Positions 9,614 through 17,292 of a stretch of 29,458 nucleotides of DNA are shown here, in pieces. The first letter of the stretch is position 1, and every line of letters begins with the position of its first letter. The DNA is taken from the IMG/VR virus record IMGVR_UViG_3300033076_000093, positions 1 through 29,458 of that record, one strand, 5' to 3'. The DNA is from a virus. Lineage: Duplodnaviria; Caudoviricetes. The notes beneath the pieces are model-generated. The model was not told where the DNA came from and searched no databases. It saw only the letters and a program-made list of their open reading frames with translations. Made by a program: the position numbers and the translations under genes.

Positions 9614-11059
9614 TTAAGCGGGCAGATACTTATCTGCGCGTGTGTTCTTGGCAACTGCGTCTTTGCCAGTGGTTTTTGAGCGGGCGCGTTGGACGCGATC
9701 CATCATTGCGTAGAGCTTGCGAGCACCGGCATCGGTTGAGCCGTTGCCCAATTCAGAAACAATTCGAGCAGGCACCACAAACTCACCGTCGGCCAACCGA
9801 GCGGGTTGCTTCTGTGCGCCAATCGTTGCAGGGATCGAATCACTTACACCGTCGCCGGGACCCTTCAAGAGTCGGCCACCATCGGAGTAGCCGCCAAGGT
9901 TGTAGCGCTGGGGTAGCGCGGCGATGCCGCTTACTTGACCGCCTTCGGCAAGGTCAATACCAAACCAACCCCCAACTGTTCCGAGCAGATCGCCAATCCC
10001 TTCAGCGATCGGTTGGCCGATACCACCAACTACATCCGAAACACCAGATGCAACACGGTCAATCGCCTGCTGCCCTGCATCAGAAAACGCAAGAGCGCCA
10101 GCAGCCAGCCAAGGAGCCCATCCAGCCATTTCAGCCAAAGAGCTTACTTCACCCGTGTTAAGCGCGCTAGCGGTAATCGTCTCCCCAAGTGCTGCATCTG
10201 CCGCTGTTCCCGTCCACTGCCCTATGGAGCTAGCTTCTGCAATTTGCTCAGCGGTGGCGGGAATCATGCTAGTGCCGTCCCACACGTAGCCAACTTGTCC
10301 AGCGCCTAACTCAGGAAGCACACCGGCAGCGCCAGCGCCCGCACCAGCGTCGGCCAAATACTCAAGACCGCTACCGGTGGTAGCGTCCGCAATCACTGCG
10401 CTGGGACCGGAATACGCGCTATCCAAAAGCGCCTGCACGCCGCCACCTAAATCGGTTGTGGCTGCGGCAGCGGGGGAACCAAAATATTTAGAGATGGCGT
10501 CGTACGTGTAGCCGCCGGGAAACGCGTTTGTCAGATATTGGTACCCTTTGTACCCAAGATACGCAGGCATGGCCAACTCAAGCAACTGACCCAACGGCCC
10601 TTGTTGTGGCATCTGCGGCAGTGCGCTTCTTGTGCCCATACCACTGGGCTGCTCTTTTGCGGTTTTGCTTGTTTGAGTTTGCGTCGTCGTACCGGGGCGA
10701 GTGGCTTGTTCGTACGGACGCTGCACTGTGGGAGACGTGATCGCGCTCCCCGGCTGTCCAGCCAGCACAGGGTTCACAGGGTATTTTGCCTCTGGTTTGC
10801 CGCGAAGGTAGTCGTAGGCCGCAGCCGAAGTGCCCGTATTCCCGTAACCCCCTGCGGTTTGTTTTGCGGCGGCGCTGGCCAACGCTTGACGTTGTGCCGC
10901 AGCCTGCTCAATTGCACGCTCAACGGAACTTTTTACGTTTGCAACAGGAATAGCGGCGATGCCGCTGCGTTGGGGTGTGCCGGAGTATGCTTGTTTGCCA
11001 GCATCAACACCGCGCTGAAGCGGTGTTTTTCGCCGGGATTGGAGGTCGTCAAGGGCCAT
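9614..11059 (-). CDS. Putative ejection/internal virion protein with a C-terminal GPGDGxSDSIPA..LADGEFVVPA domain
   Basis: 481 aa with SD GAGAGG. Low-complexity Ala/Gly/Thr middle with hydrophobic segments. The C-terminal ~100 aa resembles a motif block seen in tape-measure proteins. Confidence 0.6.
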   Translation of the reverse strand: MALDDLQSRRKTPLQRGVDAGKQAYSGTPQRSGIAAIPVANVKSSVERAIEQAAAQRQALASAAAKQTAGGYGNTGTSAAAYDYLRGKPEAKYPVNPVLAGQPGSAITSPTVQRPYEQATRPGTTTQTQTSKTAKEQPSGMGTRSALPQMPQQGPLGQLLELAMPAYLGYKGYQYLTNAFPGGYTYDAISKYFGSPAAAATTDLGGGVQALLDSAYSGPSAVIADATTGSGLEYLADAGAGAGAAGVLPELGAGQVGYVWDGTSMIPATAEQIAEASSIGQWTGTAADAALGETITASALNTGEVSSLAEMAGWAPWLAAGALAFSDAGQQAIDRVASGVSDVVGGIGQPIAEGIGDLLGTVGGWFGIDLAEGGQVSGIAALPQRYNLGGYSDGGRLLKGPGDGVSDSIPATIGAQKQPARLADGEFVVPARIVSELGNGSTDAGARKLYAMMDRVQRARSKTTGKDAVAKNTRADKYLPA

Positions 11060-11088
11060 TTTTGCCTCTCAAAACGGGTATTTGTAGA

Positions 11089-11117
11089 ACTGTATCATGA
11101 CGGGAGCGCAGATACAA
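11089..11117 (-). promoter_or_regulatory. Candidate sigma70-type promoter with extended -10
   Basis: Minus strand TTGTAT-17 nt-TACAGT, with TG at the extended -10 position (TGaTACAGT). It lies just upstream of the ejection-protein block, which is preceded by a 35-nt intergenic gap. Confidence 0.3.
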
Positions 11118-11733
11118 ACGAAAGTGTGGCCACCACCGAAGGGGTGGCTGGCATTGCAAACGGCGAAGTGATGGCGGGTTTGGCCTCCATAAACACTGCC
11201 GTATTGTCTACTGCCGCATACATGCTGACATAATCCCCAGCGTTCAGGTCAACGTAGAAGTTAGCAGCCGCAATCACATGGCCGTCTATTCCGCCGTGGC
11301 TTGATGTAATACTAAATTGACTTCCGGTTCCAAGCACATCTGTATTGTTTTTTCTTAACCAGATCCAAGCATCATGAATTTGTGAGTTTGTATTGGCAAA
11401 CTGTACGCTAAACTGATAGTTGTAGATGCCTGCCTGCTGAACCGTGATGCCGTTGGTAGTGTCGTTATCACAACCACTTAAATAATCATTCTGGTCGAAA
11501 GTGACTTCGGTGGCTACATTAGCTGTAAAAGTTAGGTCGGTCGTGCGCTGGATTGCGGCGTAGGGGTTTTCCAAATACTGGCCGCCCCGAGTGCCCAGCA
11601 GTAGCCCCAGCGAGTTGCGAAGCTGATTGAAGTACAGGCGCAAAACGTTGGAGTGTTGGTCCTGATACCGGCGCTCATACTGCTCCGGACCCAACGGGAG
11701 GTTGGGTACTGCTGGATTGATGATGCGAGCCAT
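11095..11733 (-). CDS. Tail protein with N-terminal helix and C1q/TNF-like beta-sandwich
   Basis: 212 aa. 'GITVQQAGIYNYQFSVQF...VDLNAGDYVSMY' fits the C1q-like jelly-roll pattern. Coupled by TAATG to the nozzle gene. Confidence 0.6.
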   Translation of the reverse strand: MARIINPAVPNLPLGPEQYERRYQDQHSNVLRLYFNQLRNSLGLLLGTRGGQYLENPYAAIQRTTDLTFTANVATEVTFDQNDYLSGCDNDTTNGITVQQAGIYNYQFSVQFANTNSQIHDAWIWLRKNNTDVLGTGSQFSITSSHGGIDGHVIAAANFYVDLNAGDYVSMYAAVDNTAVFMEAKPAITSPFAMPATPSVVATLSFVSALPS

Positions 11734-13838
11734 TACCGACGCCCATCCGGTCTGATGTCAATACGGGGCGCACCAAGCTGCCATGCAGTATTGATTTGGT
11801 TGGAACTAATCTTGAAGATCATCTGACGCCCACGGAAGCGTGTGTAAATCTGACCCGTGAACTCTTCCGTGATGACATACGCACTGCTTTTGCGCACGGG
11901 TTGGGACGCATCGCTTGTCACTCCAGAGCCTGAGTTAGTCAAGCCGTAGAGTTCCATCGTCACAGTCGGTTGTGTGTTGGTGGTCGGGTCAATCGCTGAA
12001 TTCTCAAAAGTCAGGTCTGGCAAGATACGCCATACAAACCCAAAGTTGTGGCCGTCACCAATATCAAATTCCGAGGACGAAATAGATGCATTGATGGGCA
12101 ACGTGGTCGCCGTCTCGTTGTCGTTAATTCCATTCTCGTGGTCAACAATGTTCCTGCTGTACGTCGCAGCTTCGGGGTAGTTGCGCAAGCCAGAGTCTGA
12201 CCACGCAGTTCTTGCCATCGTGCCGTAGTACCAGATTTTTTCGAGGTAGTTGTAGACGACGTAGCGGTCGATTGTGGTCGAACCAGCCGAGCAGTAGAAC
12301 CACCAGATTTCGTTGAAACCTTCGTTCGTGCCGCAGAATATCTGTTGGTGTTGTTGGGCGTTCAAATTCCCAAACACATACCGGCGCAGGTCACAGTTGA
12401 GCGTTTGCACTCGACCGTCATACATGTAGAACTTGTCCACGCCCATCCAGTACACGATACCAGACGCAATGACGGCGGCGTTGGGACCGACGATAGAGAT
12501 GTTGTCGCCAAGCAGTTGAGACTGCCACACGTATGGCGGGCCAAGATACTGAAGCGAGTACACGGAAGTGTCTGTAAAGACCACGATTTCCTGACGGGTC
12601 TGCACTTGCGTGATGATCTTGGAGCCGTGTGATAGCCGGATGCTGCCTGCTTGGTTTGTGGCGTTGGGCGTCCAGTTGTACGGGTCGTCTTGGTTCGACC
12701 AACGAATCAACATCGGGTCCATGTCGGCGGAGCCGTAGTCGTTTGTGCCAAGCACGATGATGAAACGCGATGTGTCCGAGATGATGAGGTTGTTCTGGAC
12801 CGTGGGGATGTCAACTGGCGTGATGGTGTGCGTGCCGGACTGTGTGCCAGAGGTGTTAACGATTGCGCCTGTTGAATCCAAAAGCTGGAAGGTCAGCCCA
12901 TCCACGTTGTACACGTAGTAGGTTGTACCGGCAGTAATCCCAGTCGGCAGTGCGCCGGTTGTGGAGAACGAAATCGCTGCGCCCTCTGTATAGAGGACAG
13001 TTGATGTAACCACGGCTGGAGAAGCAATCGTGATGGTGGCCGTGCCGCCAAGGCTGCTAAGAAGCACGCCACGGGTAGTCACGCCGCCGGTCGCATCCCA
13101 GTAGTACAAGCCGCCACTGCGAGGACCAAACACCAAATCCTCGCCGTAGTTCATCTGGTTCCAAATGCGCAACCCAATTACAGAGGAGCCGCCAACTCCC
13201 CAAGTCCCGGAACTCCAAGACCCTGCGCCCCAACCGACCAACGGTACACCGTACTCAGGGCCGACACTGACTTGGTAAGTTGCCACAACCGAAGCTCCGC
13301 CGCCGGGAGAACCGGCAATCGCCGTAGCGTTGGGAGTCACAGAGATTGTGATGGTGTAAGTGTTGGCGTTGATGACAGTGACTTGGAACTCGCGGTTGAG
13401 CACCGCCGCCGTCACGTTTGTGCCGCCCCCACCAATGTCGGTTGCACCGCTGAAGGTAACAAAATCCCCGGTCACACAGCCATGCGCAGTGTCGGTCACA
13501 GTAACGGTTGTGGAAGCCGTCAAAGCAAACGGATTGTTGTTGATGGTTGATGTCGCCCGGATAGGCGTGATGTCGTTGTACGCCCCGCCCCGCTCGATGT
13601 AGAACTTGAGGTTGGTACCAACACCAAGCAGGTTAAGTCCGCCAAGAGTCACCCAATTCCACAGCGATCGGCAAACCCCCAAAAAAGTGTTGGAAGAAAT
13701 GCGTTGCCAGCCCCCGATAACTTCTGGGTTGCCTTGACGGAAACGAACCTTGTCGCACTCATACCAACCACCCTCGGTGGTGTAGCGCGTGTTCTCCCGG
13801 TTGACACCCGGCTTAAAGAGGATTTTCTGCAACGGCAT
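11733..13838 (-). CDS. Tail nozzle / tail tubular protein B (P22 gp10- or T7 gp12-like)
   Basis: 701 aa, beta-rich, with propeller-like motifs (MLIRWSNQDD, GIVYWMG, FNEIWWFY, YVVYNY..IWYYG). N-terminus KPGVNRENT..WYECDKVRFR and C-terminus RFRGRQ..DIRPDGRR. Confidence 0.75.
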   Translation of the reverse strand: MPLQKILFKPGVNRENTRYTTEGGWYECDKVRFRQGNPEVIGGWQRISSNTFLGVCRSLWNWVTLGGLNLLGVGTNLKFYIERGGAYNDITPIRATSTINNNPFALTASTTVTVTDTAHGCVTGDFVTFSGATDIGGGGTNVTAAVLNREFQVTVINANTYTITISVTPNATAIAGSPGGGASVVATYQVSVGPEYGVPLVGWGAGSWSSGTWGVGGSSVIGLRIWNQMNYGEDLVFGPRSGGLYYWDATGGVTTRGVLLSSLGGTATITIASPAVVTSTVLYTEGAAISFSTTGALPTGITAGTTYYVYNVDGLTFQLLDSTGAIVNTSGTQSGTHTITPVDIPTVQNNLIISDTSRFIIVLGTNDYGSADMDPMLIRWSNQDDPYNWTPNATNQAGSIRLSHGSKIITQVQTRQEIVVFTDTSVYSLQYLGPPYVWQSQLLGDNISIVGPNAAVIASGIVYWMGVDKFYMYDGRVQTLNCDLRRYVFGNLNAQQHQQIFCGTNEGFNEIWWFYCSAGSTTIDRYVVYNYLEKIWYYGTMARTAWSDSGLRNYPEAATYSRNIVDHENGINDNETATTLPINASISSSEFDIGDGHNFGFVWRILPDLTFENSAIDPTTNTQPTVTMELYGLTNSGSGVTSDASQPVRKSSAYVITEEFTGQIYTRFRGRQMIFKISSNQINTAWQLGAPRIDIRPDGRR

Positions 13839-13853
13839 AGCGTCATTTTCCCA

Positions 13854-14456
13854 TCAGGAGGTCAAGACGGCAAGCGCCTCGTTGGTGTGTTTGATGCGGT
13901 CGGCAAGGCCAATTGTGCCCCCATTGATCTTCTTTGTCAGCGCTTCCCAAGCCCCGATGTCGGCCAAGCGGTTGCAGTTGTGTGTAGCCCAGAACCAACC
14001 CGCCGTCAAGGCGGCAAACTTTGGGGTGCGAACCAAGTCAGGGTTCATGACGAAATCCTCCCCGAGCTTTTTCCCCGCATGGAAAAAGTTGTCATGGCCG
14101 GTCAACTGGAGCCAACCCGATCCCCGGAACCGCCAGCCGTCATCACTGGCCTCATCCCGGTTGCCCATACGATTAGCGTAAACTTTATTAGCAATTTTAC
14201 GGGGATTCCGGTGGTATGGCTGGGCAGACTCCAGCGTCGGGAACCGCTTGGGCCAAATCTTCATCAGGCGTTCTGCGCTGTAATTCAGGTTCTCCTCCAA
14301 CAAACGGAAGTTTCCCGACTCATGGCCGCACTGCCCAATGAACGCCGCCTGTTGCAAGGGTGTGGAGATTCCCCAGACATTGAAGGTTCCGTTGAAAACA
14401 GGCTCCAGCGCTGGGTCAATATGTAGCTTTTTAAGCTGTTCAGCGGTTACTGCCAT
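13854..14456 (-). CDS. Endolysin, glycoside hydrolase family 19 (chitinase-like)
   Basis: Motifs FIGQCGHESG, EENLNYSA, ANKVYANRMGN, GWRFRGSGWLQLTG and KINGG. Adjacent to spanins. Confidence 0.92.
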   Translation of the reverse strand: MAVTAEQLKKLHIDPALEPVFNGTFNVWGISTPLQQAAFIGQCGHESGNFRLLEENLNYSAERLMKIWPKRFPTLESAQPYHRNPRKIANKVYANRMGNRDEASDDGWRFRGSGWLQLTGHDNFFHAGKKLGEDFVMNPDLVRTPKFAALTAGWFWATHNCNRLADIGAWEALTKKINGGTIGLADRIKHTNEALAVLTS

Positions 14457-14910
14457 TTATTTGCTCCCGGACGGTGTTGTAAGCGTCGATGCAGGCGTTG
14501 AGTTGGTTGATGGCGCGGTCTCCTTCTGCGGCGATTTGAGCAATAGCGAGGAGAGTCTCTCGGTCAGATTCGGTTGTGCCTTCTGGATTCCCGGCGGGAG
14601 CGGGGGCACTTGGGGCGGGTTGTACGCAACTTGCGGAGGGGAGGCGCACCCGGCCATTACGAATGGCACGATCCAGAGCAGTTTGTTTTTCCGAGATGGC
14701 ATTGTTAGCCTCCTGTAACCGATTGCTTGTTTCGATGAGTTTGGAGTTCATATTGCGCTCGACCTCCCGGGCTTCTGCGTCCCGCTTGGCGATCTCCGCT
14801 TGCATTTCAGCATCCCTATCCCACCAGCCATTGTGGTGGCCGTATTTGTACGAGCCACCCAAGGCCACAACGACCGCTAGGATTACCCAAGGATTAGGTA
14901 GCCCAATCAT
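14440..14910 (-). CDS. i-spanin (Rz-like)
   Basis: N-terminal TM, coiled-coil, Pro-rich linker and C-terminal 'AEGDRAINQLNACIDAY'. Contains an embedded lipoprotein gene. Confidence 0.88.
   Translation of the reverse strand: MIGLPNPWVILAVVVALGGSYKYGHHNGWWDRDAEMQAEIAKRDAEAREVERNMNSKLIETSNRLQEANNAISEKQTALDRAIRNGRVRLPSASCVQPAPSAPAPAGNPEGTTESDRETLLAIAQIAAEGDRAINQLNACIDAYNTVREQINGSNR
14457..14702 (-). CDS. o-spanin (Rz1-like lipoprotein) embedded in the i-spanin gene
   Basis: Signal MPSRKNKLLWIVPFVMAG|C (lipobox, Cys19) and a Pro-rich mature part. Lies fully inside Rz in another frame. Confidence 0.85.
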   Translation of the reverse strand: MPSRKNKLLWIVPFVMAGCASPPQVAYNPPQVPPLPPGIQKAQPNLTERLSSLLLKSPQKETAPSTNSTPASTLTTPSGSK

Positions 14911-15404
14911 GTCTGCGCCCTTGCACGCTCTTCGGCAATCTCCTCACGCTCGGGGTGGAGGTGGTCTGCCGGGGTTGTTGGGGGCGGCGGAGGTCTCCAA
15001 TCCTCGTCCAACTTAGGATTGTCAAACCCCATCCAGTTGAAATCAGGCATCCCGCTTTTGGCCGTGTTTGTGTTGGTCTGCGTAGGGTTCTGGGTGACGA
15101 TGATGGTGTCGTTATCCTGCTTCCCGGCAAAACGCTCGGCGGCGCTCTGCACCCCCTTCTTAGCCATGACCCCACCAATCCCGCCAACAATCAGCAGCAC
15201 GATGTCGTTGAGCATCTTGGTATAGGCTTGGTCTATCGGAGCCATCGACTTGATAGGTTGCGTCACAAACGTGACGCTGTACAAAATGAAAAAGACGATC
15301 CCGGCCAAGATCATCGTGACCACGCCGACGACAAACGCCCAGACGCGGACTTCGATTTGGTCTTCAGTTAGACGCGGCTGAGGCGGGCGCTGCGGGTTGG
15401 ACAT
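14907..15404 (-). CDS. Two-TM membrane protein, holin candidate
   Basis: TM1 VWAFVVGVVTMILAGIVFFILYSV and TM2 IVLLIVGGIGGVMA, with a Pro-rich hydrophilic tail. Directly upstream of the spanin with an ATGA overlap. Confidence 0.55.
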   Translation of the reverse strand: MSNPQRPPQPRLTEDQIEVRVWAFVVGVVTMILAGIVFFILYSVTFVTQPIKSMAPIDQAYTKMLNDIVLLIVGGIGGVMAKKGVQSAAERFAGKQDNDTIIVTQNPTQTNTNTAKSGMPDFNWMGFDNPKLDEDWRPPPPPTTPADHLHPEREEIAEERARAQT

Positions 15405-15582
15405 TTTGTTTCTCCAGTACAGGGGCTACAAGGTAATCTGGGCAATCTTGGGTGAACAGGCAGTCAGGGCGCTGGCACCGTTTCTCCGCAAAATGCTTGG
15501 GGTTCTGGCAGTGGTAGCGATACCGATCCTCGCAGCCCGCAAGGCTACTCAGGATCAGGAGGATCAATCCGAGGCTTCGCAT
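15364..15582 (-). CDS. Small Cys-rich lipoprotein
   Basis: MRSLGLILLILSSLAG|C lipobox (Cys17), with four further Cys in the mature part. Confidence 0.8.
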   Translation of the reverse strand: MRSLGLILLILSSLAGCEDRYRYHCQNPKHFAEKRCQRPDCLFTQDCPDYLVAPVLEKQNVQPAAPASAASN

Positions 15583-15835
15583 TTTTCTTTTCCTTTTCGT
15601 CCAGTCTGAGCAGCAGGGCTTCGTTCTTCCGTATCTGTTTGTCGATTTTCATTGTTTGGTAAATGGCCAACGGGATCAAAATCATGAGGATGATTAGGAT
15701 GAGGGAAACGATAGCCACCCAGTACCCAAACTCAGCGCCGAAAAGATTCCAACCAGTTGGAGGTAAATCAGGAAGGCGGCTATCGCGTACATTGTTTTGT
15801 CCACCCTTAGCCGACGGCGGTAGTCTCGTTGCCAT
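15545..15835 (-). CDS. Single-TM membrane protein with short coiled-coil
   Basis: 96 aa, purine-rich SD (GAGGG) upstream. TM WVAIVSLILIILMILIPLAIY. Overlaps both neighbours. Confidence 0.65.
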   Translation of the reverse strand: MATRLPPSAKGGQNNVRDSRLPDLPPTGWNLFGAEFGYWVAIVSLILIILMILIPLAIYQTMKIDKQIRKNEALLLRLDEKEKKNAKPRIDPPDPE

Positions 15836-16476
15836 TCTTCTTCCCTCTTCTGCTTCAACTTCAACTGCCGGTCAAGTTCCCGTTCTTCCAAAATCTGGTT
15901 GTACATCCTGAGAAACCGACTGTAGATGTCCGCCAGCCCAATCTCCTTGGGGGTGTAGATCATGGCTTCCCTGATCTGGACAGTCATTTGCTCAATCTGC
16001 ATCTCAATCTGTATCCTGTCTAACGCCGCGCCCTCGATGTCCTCTGTTGTCTTTGACTCCTCTTCCAACTGTCTACAGTACTCGTTCAACTTCCTCTTGA
16101 TCTCAAAAAACTGTTTCAGTTTTTCGCAGATGTCGTGGATTGCTCTGGCTTGGAATTCCTCGTAAGAGAGTTCAGGCTCTGCTTGTTTGCGATTTGCCTT
16201 TTTCTCCACCCGCTTGATCTCAGGCTCATCGGATTTGACGGGTACAACAGCGGGAGTGGGCTTAGTGGTCGCATCCTTCTTTCCTCCGAAAATGGATTGC
16301 CAAAAAGCCTTGAGAGTCGCCCATAAAGACTTGGCCTCATTGACAAAAGCCTGCGCCTCACCGACGGCCTTTTTAAGTTCACCGATCTGAGCCTTGCCCT
16401 GCCGGAGAAGGTCACACCCCTGCCGGATACCGGCAACAATCCCCTGCGCCGCCATGAGGAGTGTGAACGGGTCCAC
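15694..16476 (-). CDS. Coiled-coil protein with C-terminal TM anchor
   Basis: 260 aa, GTG start. Amphipathic N-terminus (MDPFTLLMAAQGIV), charged helices, and a hydrophobic C-terminus. Confidence 0.7.
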   Translation of the reverse strand: MDPFTLLMAAQGIVAGIRQGCDLLRQGKAQIGELKKAVGEAQAFVNEAKSLWATLKAFWQSIFGGKKDATTKPTPAVVPVKSDEPEIKRVEKKANRKQAEPELSYEEFQARAIHDICEKLKQFFEIKRKLNEYCRQLEEESKTTEDIEGAALDRIQIEMQIEQMTVQIREAMIYTPKEIGLADIYSRFLRMYNQILEERELDRQLKLKQKREEEWQRDYRRRLRVDKTMYAIAAFLIYLQLVGIFSALSLGTGWLSFPSS

Positions 16477-16487
16477 ATTAGTTCATC

Positions 16488-17288
16488 TCACCAAGACCAA
16501 ATAAAGACAGCGCCATCGCCGCCTCTACCGCCAGTGGATGTTCCGCTAGTGCATCTTCCTGCACCGCCACCACCGCAACCAATTCCACCATCACCACCAT
16601 TGCCGCCTGCGGCGGTAGAACTACCACCACCGCCTGAACCTCCAGCGCCAATCATTATGGGTTGCAAAAGAAAGAAACCGCTACCGCCAACACCGCCAGT
16701 TGTACCAGCGCCTCCCGCAATGGTCGGATAACCGTAATTCAATGCAACCGTGCTTCCAGCCGCCGTAGTTGAGTTTGAACCTGCCGCCCCCGAAGATAAA
16801 AATATAGTCGTGGAAGCAGTGGTATTTCCGGTTGACTGCGCTGTTCCTGCAACAGACTTAAAAATACCAGACGCACCAAAATAATTGTTCGTCATTGCAG
16901 GTGCAACGGTGGCTCCAGTTTGAGCGCCGCTTGCTGTTAGAAGCGTGTATCCAGCAGATGCGCTAGGCCCTTGCCAAACAACAGTTGTGTTCCCTGCCGC
17001 AGAAGCGGCCACATTTCCTGTAGTTCCAATAGAACCAGCCCCAACAAATATACGCAAAACATCAGGGATAAACATGGCTGGCCCAATCCATTGCGTTACA
17101 GCACCCGAACTACCACCAGCCCCGTTTGTTGTAGTTGTTCCTCCGTTGCCTCCCCTGCCAGCGCCAATCAACAGCATCCGAACCATGCTTGCGCCTTGAG
17201 GCTTGACCCAATCACGGGTCGTGCCGCCTCCATAGAACGCTTGGAAGTTTGCGCTCTGCGGTGTTGGGTAATTGATTGGATAACTCAT
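16488..17288 (-). CDS. Glycine-rich putative adhesin (paralog 3)
   Basis: 266 aa with WVKPQGAS..LIGAG, GGSSGAVT, GGIGCGGG and a C-terminal IWSW. Confidence 0.65.
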   Translation of the reverse strand: MSYPINYPTPQSANFQAFYGGGTTRDWVKPQGASMVRMLLIGAGRGGNGGTTTTNGAGGSSGAVTQWIGPAMFIPDVLRIFVGAGSIGTTGNVAASAAGNTTVVWQGPSASAGYTLLTASGAQTGATVAPAMTNNYFGASGIFKSVAGTAQSTGNTTASTTIFLSSGAAGSNSTTAAGSTVALNYGYPTIAGGAGTTGGVGGSGFFLLQPIMIGAGGSGGGGSSTAAGGNGGDGGIGCGGGGAGRCTSGTSTGGRGGDGAVFIWSW

Positions 17289-17292
17289 GTGT

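Noticed and set aside
13839-13856. TGgGAAAAT extended -10-like element before the nozzle gene
   Set aside because: It lacks the first T of the -10 hexamer and is very close to the start codon; insufficient support.
15800-15814. SAKGG in the 96-aa membrane protein (and LPDGG at the start of the giant protein) as further GG tags
   Set aside because: Poor fit to the consensus; SAKGG also lies in a dual-coded region, so chance is likely.
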